A stretch of 63,092 nt of DNA, the filler included, from Globobulimina sp. (taxonomy: Eukaryota): assembly GCA_003354225.1 (NCBI GenBank). It is 43 parts of 43 records of this genome, joined end to end, with 100 filler letters (N's around TTAATTAATTAA, not from the genome) between each part and the next. Parts side by side here need not be neighbours in the genome. Positions count along the whole stretch, not along the records: positions 48,506 to 49,874 come from PIVH01017817.1; positions 49,975 to 51,343 come from PIVH01017818.1; positions 51,444 to 52,812 come from PIVH01017819.1; positions 52,913 to 54,281 come from PIVH01017820.1; positions 54,382 to 55,750 come from PIVH01017821.1; positions 55,851 to 57,219 come from PIVH01017822.1; positions 57,320 to 58,688 come from PIVH01017823.1; positions 58,789 to 60,156 come from PIVH01017824.1; 35 more parts are not named here. The stretch is one strand, 5' to 3'. A model generated the notes under the pieces. That model did no database searches and was not told where the DNA came from. It saw only the letters and a list, made by a program, of their open reading frames with translations. The position numbers were made by a program, and so were the translations under genes. This document shows, one piece after another, positions 48,506-60,256 of the stretch. The stretch's first letter is position 1, and each line of letters opens with the position of its first letter.

Positions 48506-49874
48506 CTATATTTGTAAAGGTCCCATCCTTCAACACTTTTGTTTAACTTTGAAAAAAAACTTCAGTTTAATTTAAAAAAACACAAACCTAACTACACAGA
48601 ATAAGCACAAATATTTCCGAGTGATACCACAGCAGGAAATCGAATGCAAAGTGCAACAGAATTATGGCAACAGGCACGCAAAGGGAACAACGACAAACTA
48701 TAACGGCACAATCGGACATTGGAAAATCTATGCAGCAATGCAACGGAAAACAAGCATGGATTTCAGCGAAACAAACATAAGGAATTTCCTTGCCTGGAAA
48801 CAGCTGACAAACGGCATTGGATGGTCCGCAATGCACGGACACAAATACGCGGTGAGAGACTTTGCAAAATCCAACGGACATTATATCGACGTATCTGCCA
48901 AAGCAATGCCGAACTTAAACGATGATATTATCGGTGAAAAGAGAAGAAAACCATCGAGCGGTGGATCCAAACCGGTCGACATGAACATCATCAAACAATT
49001 CTATGCCATCATTGACGATGACGAGCAATACGATGAGAGAGACACATTGATTTGGAAGGCACTCCTCTCGATCGGACATGACGCCATAAAGCGAGGATCC
49101 GAGATAACATATGACGATGTCATGGAACAAGGACTTCAATTAAATAAGTTCGAATTCCAACACAATTTGGACATCGATACCTTGGAAACAAACATTGGAT
49201 GCAAAGCAAATATTGCACATACAACAGAACAAAAGGCAAAACATATCAATTCGGAGCTAAACTAACTGCTATATTGATATGTAACTGCTACAGCAACGTC
49301 TGTGGACTGCATGCCTTAATATCTCTGATTGCGTTCAAAATAAGTCAGAACGACAGCAACCTCAATCTACTCTTGCAAATGACAAACGGCAAATCCGTCA
49401 ACAAATATATCCTTGGCCAAGGCTTCAGAAAGTTTTCGAAGCACTGCGGCTTCAAAAAAGGCGAAATAACCCCACACGGGGCAAGAAAAGGCGGTGCCCA
49501 ACAAGCAATCAAGGACGAATTGCCGGCAACGCATATTCTTAAACAAGCAGATTGGAGAACCCTCAATTCATTGAATCGATATAACAGTAACGTACACGAC
49601 CAAACCAGAGTCAACGTACTACTGAAAATAAACAAAAAAGCAAAGAAAAGATTCAAAAAGAAGCAAAGAAAGAACAGAAAACGAACATTGTAAACACTTC
49701 GTAACTGTAATATTTAAGCAACGATTGGATACTATAACATCAAGCAAATCACACACTATATTTGTAAAGGTCCCATCCTTCAACACTTTTGTTTAACTTT
49801 GAAAAAAAACTTCAGTTTAATTTAAAAAAACACAAACCTAACTACACAGAATAAGCACAAATATTTCCGAGTGA
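48506..49874 (+). mobile_element. 1250-bp cyclic (circular or tandem) unit encoding a solo tyrosine recombinase
   Basis: The first 119 bp (48506-48624) are identical to the last 119 bp (49756-49874); the YR fills most of the unit. Confidence 0.8.
48644..49693 (+). CDS. Tyrosine recombinase (DIRS/Ngaro/Crypton-like), frameshifted near 49187 and probably near 48677
   Basis: Catalytic set R (AIKRGSEI), K (KGKTYQFG), HxxR (TPHGARKGGA), W (ADWR), Y (LNRY); core-binding-like N-terminus; basic tail. Confidence 0.85.
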
Positions 49875-50894
49875 NNNNNNNNNNNNNNNNNNNNNNNNNN
49901 NNNNNNNNNNNNNNNNNNTTAATTAATTAANNNNNNNNNNNNNNNNNNNNNNNNNNNNNNNNNNNNNNNNNNNNATATTTGCATCTTCTTGCTCTTGGGT
50001 TACGGTAACTTCTTGCTCTTGGGTTATGGTAACAAATGGGAGAAGAAAGATAACCACAATAATAGGGTACAACATGATGGTCACACAAACGATCGACAAC
50101 AAACACAAAATGACACGCTCTTCTTCCGGTAAATATTTGCATATTACGGTCAAGAGTTATTGCACCTAAGATACATATTGAAAGGAAGAGTGAAGAATCT
50201 CCTTTCATGCACTTCGACAATCAGTGAGTAATCTAAGAACGGGGCAGGAACGGACCATGACGAAATATGGTAATAAAACTAATTTTACGAAATAAACCTA
50301 CTAAAATTATGTATGACATATAGTCAAAACCGGAGCCGTTTAGCCCAGAAACTTAACATCTCATTTCTTAGAATCTGCACCCTTGATTACTTAAGACAAA
50401 TCGAGGGTCTGCAGATTTTTAAAAAAGCAATAGTCCCGACCTAAATCGACCATGGGAAACACGAATCCGGTGTCCGTTTTCAGCTTTAGCAACTCTTCTT
50501 CTCAGGGCAGTCCATTACATATGGCAAGTTGGCCAAATTTGCATAAAGTTTTATGCAAATTTCTGAAAAATATAATCGCTCATAGCTACCCAACCAGTTG
50601 GACTTCAGAGGTCGGTTATGTCTCATTTTGTAACCCATCACATGTACTTCCTCATACAATGTTTACTTTTTCCATTATCATTAGTTTTGCAAACCGGATA
50701 TGCAAATTAGTGTGGGAACATGCTTTTTTTGGCCACGGGTCATTTTAGGAAATCGATCAGTACTCTGTTAAAAGTTGCTGTCCCAGGCCAATTTTTTGAT
50801 AATGTTGTTCCAAACAGTATCCCACATGTTTGGAGGCCAGAAATCGTGCATATACGGGGGGGTCCCGGGGTGGTTTTTGACCCCCGTAGCTCAC

Positions 50895-51300
50895 ATAAAA
50901 AAATTTTATTTCGATTTTTCTTCTGAAAATTTGTACCCTAACACAGTTTTTGACGCTGAGTTCGAAAATCATAATGATTTTTTTCAAAACTTATTTCCTA
51001 ACGCCACAGGGGTGACCAAAGTTTGAAAAAATTAGCGAAGTCAAAAAAAAATTTCAATTTTTTTTTCTGGAAATTTGGTCCCTGACGCAGTTTTTAACGC
51101 TGAGTTCGAAAACGGTAGTCGTTTTTTGTGAAACTTATTGAATAATGCTCCATCGGGAACGAAGTTACCAAGGCCCAAAAAAATTTTTTATCGAATTTTA
51201 TTATATAATTAGGTTTTCTTGCCCAGTTTTTAATGCCGATTTCGAAAATCATTATCATCTTTCACAAAACTTATTCGATAACGCTCCACGAGTTACCTCT
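50895..51300. repeat. Degenerate ~140-bp tandem module (MITE or satellite-like)
   Basis: CAGTTTTT(G/A)A(C/T)GC(T/C)GA(G/T)TTCGAAAA at 50944, 51088 and 51224, each followed by AAACTTATT. Confidence 0.7.
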
Positions 51301-51443
51301 AAGTATAAAATGTCAAAAAATGCATCATATTGATGCCATTTCCNNNNNNNNNNNNNNNNNNNNNNNNNNNNNNNNNNNNNNNNNNNNTTAATTAATTAAN
51401 NNNNNNNNNNNNNNNNNNNNNNNNNNNNNNNNNNNNNNNNNNN

Positions 51444-51540
51444 CAGTTGATAGTTGACAGTTGATAGTTGACAGTTGATAGTTGACTGTTGACAGTTGAC
51501 AGTTTACAGTTGATAGTTGACAATTGATACATGTTGACTC
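51444..51540. repeat. 7-bp microsatellite (AGTTGAC/AGTTGAT)n
   Basis: Directly visible at the contig start. Confidence 0.9.
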
Positions 51541-51976
51541 TGTCATTACAATGTTGACAGTTTGAAAATTCAAAGTGACTCTATCTGTACACCGTTGACA
51601 AAAATAACAAATCATTACAGATCAGGTTTCAAATCATTCCAAATCTGAAAATAGAAATGTGAGAAATAGAAATGTGAGAAATCATTCCAATATTTGTAAT
51701 GATTATCTCACATTTCTTATAGAAATGTGAAATAATGTGAAGAAATGATTCAAATATACAAGGTGTTGTGTATGGGTTTTATACCTAAATATTGGAATGA
51801 TTTTCTCACATTTCTAAAACCAATCATTACAACTACCGTGTTATTTGGGGACCAGAGTCAATAATGGGATATTGAATGACAACTAATTAATTGTCGCAAC
51901 TTTGGCAGAAATTTAAGGAAAATTGCAGGACAATTAGTGAATTGGAAAAATTTCATTCCCAAACAATTAAACAGAA

Positions 51977-52216
51977 ATGCAGACAAAGAGTAAATACGTT
52001 TGGATTTGTATTGCAATGTTTGCGTTGTTGGCAATCGTTTCTGTGTTATTGCAACATTTGAATAAATTATTTCACTCTTTCTCAACAACATATCCACCAA
52101 TTAATCGAGTCATGAATGGAATGGATGTCAATCCAAATGATTATCCATGGATGGTCTCACATGCTGGGCAGCCTGAAGCATCACATTGTAGCGTAAACAC
52201 CACGGGGAACACCTAG
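51977..52216 (+). pseudogene. Trypsin-like serine protease N-terminal fragment
   Basis: Signal or anchor, then R|VMNGMDVNPNDYPWMVS; no catalytic motifs follow in this contig. Confidence 0.55.
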
Positions 52217-52361
52217 CTATCTGTTTAAGATCTTACATATAAATATGTGAATCACGAAAGTTTTTTTTTTCTTTTCTACTTGTTTAATATCATTTAAATC
52301 AACTCATATATAAACTACTATATTTGCACTGATCACACACAGTGTAATGATCATCAAACAC

Positions 52362-52544
52362 GATGATTATCAATCATTGTGATGAATGATTATCAATCAT
52401 TGTGATGAATGATTATCAATCATTGCGATGAATGATTATCAATCATTGTGATGAATGATTATCAATCATTGCAACCGCTCAAATGACACTAAAATAAGAC
52501 GGCAATAGTCGGGGTCTTATTTTAGTGTCATTTGAGCGGTTGCA
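52362..52544. repeat. 23-bp tandem array plus 31-bp perfect stem-loop
   Basis: GATGAATGATTATCAATCATTG(T/C) at 52381, 52404, 52427 and 52450; 52470-52500 is the reverse complement of 52514-52544. Confidence 0.9.
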
Positions 52545-53251
52545 GTGGATTGATGAGTGATCAATGATTCACTGGAGGTGTTCCCTTGTCCCATTTTTAT
52601 TATGGTCGCCATCCATACCGACCTGTAGTCAGTATGGCTTTTGCGTAGCCATTTCAGATACATAAAAAAAAAGAAAATAAAAGCTATTACAAGCAATTAC
52701 ATATCCAATTTTGGACTGATATATATACAATATTTGCACTGTTCGTACACACATTATATTGTTAATCTTTATATGAGTATCAATCACTGAGTTCGATGAT
52801 TATCAATCATTGNNNNNNNNNNNNNNNNNNNNNNNNNNNNNNNNNNNNNNNNNNNNTTAATTAATTAANNNNNNNNNNNNNNNNNNNNNNNNNNNNNNNN
52901 NNNNNNNNNNNNAGCTTTCTATTCGTGCATTTGCTCCCGGTTTTGCAGATACAATCGTCGCCATTCTAACAGTATTTAGTGCGGTTATAGCTGTCTCTTT
53001 GGCACCCGTGAACCGAGTTCTAGAGGTTCCAGCTAGGCAGTAACAAATCGCATTATCCTACTCATTACTGTTACAGTGGTGGCAGCTAACTTGCATTGTT
53101 TTGTGTTGTATTACATGTAAAAACGAGCCATTGTGGTCTCAGTCAGTTAATGAACAATCATTCCGTTGCAAAAAGTATAATATGACTGAACTATCAGGTG
53201 CACAATCATCACATTTGAATACATACATTAGCAACGGTTTATAAGTTCATT

Positions 53252-54100
53252 ATGCTATTATTTTATGGAGAGACTGAATGTGATACTGAATCAGATAATG
53301 CTTGTGGTATGACTGATTCGCAGAATCGGGTTTGTTTCATTGGCTCTTCAGTGCCTCATTGGGACAATGATGCCATGGTATATCCAGTGGAATATGATGA
53401 AGCCATGTTTGAATGGTGTGAAGACAGAGAACAACAATTTCCACCAAACAGTTTTCATGACTTGCCAGACAATCTGTTGCCCACTGTGCCCAATTTCCCA
53501 TATCCCAGATGGACACGAGCCTACCAAACATGGTTTGAGGGAGGAAACCCAAATGCAGTGATAGAAACCTTCAATTATGGTGAGGTACACATATATGATA
53601 CAGTCACTGATTATCAAACAGACACAGTATGTGCAGAATACACAACATATGATGAGCCACAATACACAAAATACGAGTATGAACAGGTACCTAACAGCAC
53701 AATGTACAGTCCTGCAGTCATAACAACGACAAATAGCACATTATACAGCCCAGTTTTTACTGCAACACAGGATTTGACTCAACAGTTGTTACATCATATC
53801 ATCAGAGTCACTTCCAAATGGATTGCTGATATACCAAGTGCTTGGCCTGGCATGAAGGAAATCGACCGTCAAAAACATCAGGATTGTAAGTTTGAAATGT
53901 ACACAAATATTACAAATTTAGGTATGTTGATGGCTTCACATTTTCAAGATTACGGTCGAAATGGGACAACATTGCCTGCAAAAATGGCCCCTGATGATCA
54001 CAATTATTTGCCTGTCACATATGGACCTCCTGAGAGAAATGAACGAATTTACCAGGATCCAGGGAGTTGTTTGAATGGTCAACCTCATAGAAAGAAGTAA
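53252..54100 (+). CDS. Hypothetical acidic protein
   Basis: 282-aa ORF with no recognisable motif; followed by a ~47-bp duplicated unit at the contig end. Confidence 0.5.
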   Translation: MLLFYGETECDTESDNACGMTDSQNRVCFIGSSVPHWDNDAMVYPVEYDEAMFEWCEDREQQFPPNSFHDLPDNLLPTVPNFPYPRWTRAYQTWFEGGNPNAVIETFNYGEVHIYDTVTDYQTDTVCAEYTTYDEPQYTKYEYEQVPNSTMYSPAVITTTNSTLYSPVFTATQDLTQQLLHHIIRVTSKWIADIPSAWPGMKEIDRQKHQDCKFEMYTNITNLGMLMASHFQDYGRNGTTLPAKMAPDDHNYLPVTYGPPERNERIYQDPGSCLNGQPHRKK

Positions 54101-54381
54101 AATGACCAATTTTTTATATTTACCATATTAACATGCACTGAACATATGTATAAAAAAGGTATGAATGTATTTTTCCAGTATGAGTGCATTTGTATGAATT
54201 GTATGAATGCATTTTTGTTTGAGAAAAAATTCCTTTTGTATGAATTGTATGAATGCATTTGTTTGAGAGAACATTCCTTTTNNNNNNNNNNNNNNNNNNN
54301 NNNNNNNNNNNNNNNNNNNNNNNNNTTAATTAATTAANNNNNNNNNNNNNNNNNNNNNNNNNNNNNNNNNNNNNNNNNNNN

Positions 54382-55414
54382 TGTGCCATGTTCAACTTCT
54401 TGCGTATATTCCTATTTTGTAAAAACACTTTACAGAAAAAGCCAAACGCACTGAATGGGATCCAATAACAAAAAATGCCCGCTGGAGCCTCCACAGTCAA
54501 CGCTAGCATCAATATGGGAAACATACTGATTCCAAAGTATCCGAATGAGATATATTTATGATAGACGCCCGTGTACCTCCCATCCAACCAATGTCCAGAT
54601 TTGAATGAAAAAACACACCATGTCATGCAGACTGCAACAAAGGGCAAAACAGTATGAATGTCGGGCTGCGTCAAGTCCATAAACCACAGCAAACCGCCTT
54701 CATTCAAGTCGTGATTCTGTCTCCGCGCAATGCCTCTGGCCGCAAATATAAACGGCGGCAGTGACAATATTAAGCCAGCTGGGTATAAAAAGATTTTGTA
54801 TAAGCGATAACCGGTTATATCTGTAGTTTGATTGTATAGCGCTTGAAACCAACGTTTTTCTTGCAATCTGTTGTCAAATTCATGGTTACTTTTCTTACGT
54901 TTGTATTCGTCTGAGATGAGCCGCATAACTGGCTGACTGTCCATGGCGCCATAGACTTGCTTGGCGTTGACCATTAACAGAGGGAAACACGCTAAGCGCA
55001 CTGCTATGGCGGTGATGGCGATGGTGGACCACCAAGGGATGCCTAGACCGAAATGGATGATCTCTAGGGAGTCTTGTACCCATTCGATGGGGGTTTCGAA
55101 CCAACGTTCGATGAACCACGGTTTGTATTCGACGCTGAATTTCTCAGACATTGCTTCCAGGTTTGTGTCTTCTTGGCGTATGTCTAAGGACAGTTTGTTG
55201 CTCAGTGATGATAGAAAGGATGAGGATTCTGAGCGTGTATGGTGTTTTATAATGAAAATTCATGAAATTTCATAGTGGGTTGTTGCTAAAGTATATGCAT
55301 ACCATTTGTTGTTGAAATTGATCTGTTATGGAGGTAATATGAGATTGGTGCATTGTGCGTGTACTTGCATTTTATGAGAGAGTAGCTGTTGGTATGTAAT
55401 GTTCGACGCAGCAT
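54382..55414 (-). CDS. Mitochondrial YidC/Oxa1/Cox18-family insertase; intron 55229-55302
   Basis: Presequence MLRRTLH...; LGIPWWSTI...VRLACFPL, GGLLWFMDLTQPD...LP, PAGIFCYW. Confidence 0.88.
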
Positions 55415-55476
55415 TAGTGGAGCATTTAAAATATAGAGTTTTCCAAAATATTTGAGTACTGGAAAAAACTGGATTA

Positions 55477-55750
55477 ATGAAGAATGTGTTGCTGCTTTCA
55501 GTGTTTTCCATTTTATTGGGATGTAATTATGGTGAGGAAATTCGTTTTTGTTCCATTGGAATGGGTGTCTTTGGCACTGAATTAGCCAAAGTAGCAATAA
55601 AAAAAGGATTTAAAATGGTTTCCGCATTTACACGGCATTCAAAACATAGAAAAACTGTTGCTGAATTACTAGAAATTGCAGATGAATCATTATCGTTTTT
55701 AGTATCTGATATTGATAAATTGGAACAAATAATTGATGAAACAAAACCTC
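55477..55750 (+). CDS. Signal-peptide-bearing Rossmann dehydrogenase (DapB N-terminal / 2,4-diaminopentanoate dehydrogenase-like), fragment
   Basis: MKNVLLLSVFSILLG then IGMGVFGTELAK...KGFKMVSAF...LEQIIDETKP. Confidence 0.55.
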
Positions 55751-56089
55751 NNNNNNNNNNNNNNNNNNNNNNNNNNNNNNNNNNNNNNNNNNNNTTAATT
55801 AATTAANNNNNNNNNNNNNNNNNNNNNNNNNNNNNNNNNNNNNNNNNNNNACAACGCTAATATAGTAGATGCATATGTGGATTTACATTTTAAGGTGTAA
55901 AATAACCGCAAAGTATAGTCCATCTAATGTCTACCTAATGCGCCACGCCCCCTCCGCTGTTTAGACAGCTATACTGATTATGTGAAGAATTCATTTGTAA
56001 CCCTCCCAAAATTCATTCATATGCTATACAGTGGTCCCACCATGAAAAAGGCTATATATTGAAAAAGTATCATAATATATTGTATTTAG

Positions 56090-56705
56090 CTGAATCCACC
56101 ACAGTATACAAGAAAACGTCAATTGCAACAACCCCAACAACAAGTACTGAAAAACAAATTGGAATTGAATGCAAAATTGCATGTACATTCAATGGGGATA
56201 CTAATTGTCCAACAATGGTCACTGACCCATGGTCAACTTGTTATAATACTGATGACAAATATTGGGCACATGTTGTGGGTAAAAAACCAAAATATGGTGG
56301 AACGAAAGTTGCAAAAACCATTGAGTTCCAAGTGTGTGAGTCACAAATTAATAATGGTAAACAATCGTAAATTAAATACATGTGGCCGAATACAATGGTC
56401 CATTAATTTCTTTAGAATGCAGCAGTCGGATGGCAGCAGATGAAACATATGGTGTGTTTAGTATGGCTACTTACACTCATCAAGGCCTTCAATTGTCAGA
56501 TGTCATCTTAACTTGTGGCAGTGCTTGTCAATCTGATCCTGCCATGGACCCCCCAAATCCTCCCTCTACCAGCAGCACCAAACAAGTTAAAATAACCAAA
56601 GGTAAAACATGCATAGTGGCCATCAATTTCAAACTTTCGAAATCTAAAATGGTAAAACTTGCCAAAAAGGGATCAATCATGCTAAAATTTGAAATGTATG
56701 CATAG
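56090..56705 (+). CDS. Cys/Thr-rich hypothetical protein, 3' exons; intron 56357-56415
   Basis: A frame-consistent GT-AG intron joins ORFs 56059 and 56382. Confidence 0.5.
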
Positions 56706-57319
56706 AAATGCCATAGAAACAAAAATGGATATTATGTGAGAGAATATAAACATTAGAAGCCCACATAGGAAGTTGTAAAAAGTTTGGAACTTTGCCAAGT
56801 GAAGAGATTTTTAACTGTTCTCTTTAGTATTTCCAAGAATATATAAGAAGGGAAGAATGTGTAACTTGGCGCCTTCAACACAGAACCTCTTGTAAAATGC
56901 GCGAGAACACCGCGTCCAGCTCTAGCTGGACGCGTCCAGTTCTAACTGACGACAGTCCAGTTCTGTTCGACTGTCCAGTCTAGTTCCTTTAGGCTGTTTA
57001 TGACAAGATAAAATGATTATTTGACGACGAAATAAATTTCGATTTTTTTCTTTTTTTCTTTTAAAGTAATGTAGTTTACATTTGTTAGTGCTACATGGCG
57101 CCATTCTTGAACTTTAACACTGTTTACCACAAATAATGACTTTTTACCTCGTACCTTTAATATTTTCTTACTTTTCGCGATATTTTGGATCCTGATTTGA
57201 GCGTTTTTGCGTCAAATACNNNNNNNNNNNNNNNNNNNNNNNNNNNNNNNNNNNNNNNNNNNNTTAATTAATTAANNNNNNNNNNNNNNNNNNNNNNNNN
57301 NNNNNNNNNNNNNNNNNNN

Positions 57320-57879
57320 CCATGTGTTTCAAAATCACGACAGTGGATATTTTCAATCAATATATCATGATTATAATGTCCATGGATGTTATGATGCGAC
57401 GATAAGCCCAATATGCCATTCTTAACAATCACATGTTTGGCAAAGGTCGGCGTCGCACCGAAAAAACCGGGGCCTTGACCTGGTAAAAAGTATTGCGACT
57501 GCAATGCAACAGTGGTAAACCAACGTTGCTTAAAATAAAAGGCATCGCTCATAGCTAAACTGTACGAGTTTAAATCCAAAATCACGTTATTTGTTTCTAT
57601 GGTGATCCCAGCCCAAAAGCCCAGGAAATATGCATCGCGGTACGACTGTGCGCCGGGATATATTCGAAACTGATCAGATTTCGGAAACCAGCTATCCATT
57701 GTCAATGGATCAGCATTCATGTCACCAGCATTGAAGTCAAATATTATATCTTCCATAACAATGTACGTTCCACTTTCACGAATCCGATATGTACCGTGCA
57801 AAAAATCTGATTGATACAAATATACGATTTTGTCACTCGGCACGTTCATAATATCATCGCGTTCCATCTTCTCCTGCAA
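57320..57879 (-). CDS. Putative right-handed beta-helix protein, fragment with disrupted 5' end
   Basis: GTYRIRESGTYIVMEDIIF, AGITIETNNVILDLN, IVKNGILG...ILIENIH repeats. Confidence 0.55.
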
Positions 57880-58788
57880 CTTTTGCTTATCTTCAAACTG
57901 CTGCTGTTTGATTCATCGTATACCAGCATCGATTTCTGAACTTCTTATGTAGGACAATTATTCCTACAATGTCAATTGCTATAAAATCTGGTTTAATTAA
58001 GTTTTTTCAATTATTTTTTTTGCAAAATCCACTGTTTGATATCTATTTTTGGTGTGTGTCATTTGAATTTGAATAAAAGTTGAAACATAATCAATTAATG
58101 AAAAAAAATAATTAGGTAAAATCACTCAATTGCACTCGATAGAAATAAAAAGTTCCAAAATGTATGCTAGTATACGATGATTATAAATTCTTTATTCCGC
58201 TGCTGTGCCGCATGCAACTCTGAGCTGGCCACTTGGAAATACCTTTTCTGTGCTGGCTTGACACAGACACAGTATTTGCCAGCGATGCCAATGAACGGTT
58301 TCAAGTGATATCCCGGAAAAGTCAACGGTGCACATATCATGGTTGATGTTGGATATTTTGAAGTTGGACATTGAAAGCGCAGACACCCGAATGGTCCCAG
58401 TCGTTAATAGAGGATAAATCGTCCAATTCGAAGGGAGTGAGCTCGCCCATTTCATTGAGGTGTGTGTCTTGAGTGTCATAGGCAGGGTTGAAATAACATT
58501 GTTGTGATTCCAAGTCTTCGTCGAAATTATGTTCGCCGAGGAACCGCCAAAAACAACCAAACATGGTACCAGTCATCATATAGACGGTTTTATCTGCATA
58601 TAATTGTCTGCCATGCTGCACGTCACAAACATTGCAGTCTGGTGAGATTATGTAGGCAGTGCCAGCATCGTTTCTATTTGATATATGCNNNNNNNNNNNN
58701 NNNNNNNNNNNNNNNNNNNNNNNNNNNNNNNNTTAATTAATTAANNNNNNNNNNNNNNNNNNNNNNNNNNNNNNNNNNNNNNNNNNNN

Positions 58789-59113
58789 TCATATTTTGCT
58801 AAATCAGTACGAATTTTATTTAATGTTTCAGTCTCGCAATGTTTTGTCATTAAATGGATATAATCTGACAAACACATTAAATATGCATTGCTACAAAATT
58901 CGATAAATATTGCTTCTGAGTTCGCATTCGAGTTTTTACCACATAATAATTGGTAATATCGTAAGCCATATGCTATCCGTAATAAATGATCGCAATTTTT
59001 GATTATTTCCTCGTCGTACTCACTGCAATTATATTCAGTTGCGTTTGTTTTAAATATTGTAAAATCAAGCTCCTAACTACAGTTTTGGCTTTCTTTACTT
59101 GTTTGTTTCCCAT
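58789..59113 (-). pseudogene. Hypothetical protein N-terminus with a 1-nt frameshift near 59070 (absent from the ORF track)
   Basis: MGNKQVKKAKTVV / ELDFTIFKTNATEYNCSEYDEEIIKNCDHLLRIAYGLRYY...LSDYIHLMTKH. Confidence 0.5.
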
Positions 59114-59327
59114 TGTAAAATCGGCTCAGAAAAAAAACTTTGGGATCGAATGTAAAGAACCACAATTAAACAATGACAATTAATTGTGCGAGAATATGTT
59201 ATTTTACATGGACGTGATATTTGAAAATGTTTACAGTAACAATCAAGTTTCAACATTTACCGCGGAGTTGAACTATTTGAGGAAGTATGGTTTACAGCGG
59301 CTAATATCTTTTGTTTTAATTGTTTAT

Positions 59328-60156
59328 TTATAACCAACTCAACTTCATAAAATTGTGTTTCTTGCGTCGATTCATCATCATTTCCATCTCTTTCTTTTCT
59401 GTTTCTGTTTCTTTTTTATTTTCACATTCTTTCGCATCGATACCATCCAAAATAACAGCCCCATTTCCTTCGATTTTACCGCCTTTTCTCCGTCAAAATA
59501 GTCTTCGCCTTCCTCATCATACAAATCTTTCATTGTCAAGCCTTTCTTCAATCGTTTCTTATGAATCGTAATATATCCTTTCCAAATATAGCCTTTCTGA
59601 CTTTTAGTTTTTCCAAAATTCTTTCGATTCAACTTCTTTCTCAAACGGCATCCTTTCCACCCTCATAATGACATGTTTTCGTATCAACCGATTGCCCGAC
59701 CCTCGGAATGTCCAATTTGTCTCCATATACAATTTAGTGTCACTCCACGACCCCGTCAACGGCAAAAATCCTAAAAAGCGACACATTGGAAACAAGAAAA
59801 TAGAAAAAGAACAAGAAAAAGAAAAATAAAGACCTGCGGCACCAAAAACAGGCGATACAATTTGACAGACTCTGCCCCAAATATTTATTTTTTTATTTAA
59901 CCGATTGGTCAATGACGAGGTTTGCGGATAAAATACGTAAAAACCATCCTCGTCTTTGATTTTATCCGACGCAAAAATGAATTCTTGGTCCGTCAAATAT
60001 GTGTTTTGGCCATGCTCTGTGTTTCTATATTTAAATGACAGAATATTCCAATTTGCGAAGATTGGCGGTGCCAACATTGCCGCCGGAAACTCGCAGATTA
60101 ACTTACTGAGGATCTTCTGAATTAAACCAAAAGTCGGAGTGGCAGCAGGCATTTCC
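59328..60156 (-). pseudogene. Membrane protein C-terminus with two A-run frameshifts
   Basis: ...EFWK / TKSQKGYIWKG...KAVK / IEGNGAVILDGIDAKE; both breaks fall in A homopolymers. Confidence 0.45.
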
Positions 60157-60256
60157 NNNNNNNNNNNNNNNNNNNNNNNNNNNNNNNNNNNNNNNNNNNN
60201 TTAATTAATTAANNNNNNNNNNNNNNNNNNNNNNNNNNNNNNNNNNNNNNNNNNNN

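Noticed and set aside
52362-52472. CRISPR-like array of palindromic 23-mers
   Set aside because: Units are directly adjacent with no unique spacers and no cas genes.
56911-56990. CGCGTCCAGC/GCTGGACGCG hairpin and GTCCAG repeats
   Set aside because: Short and isolated; no element boundaries can be defined.
57880-57950. Fifth in-frame TGA (AGIR*IKQQQ) upstream of the beta-helix ORF
   Set aside because: Equally explained by a frameshift, and there is another stop shortly upstream.
59600-59616. Euplotes-type +1 frameshift at AAA AAC TAA
   Set aside because: Single instance; a second, opposite indel nearby points to homopolymer error or decay.
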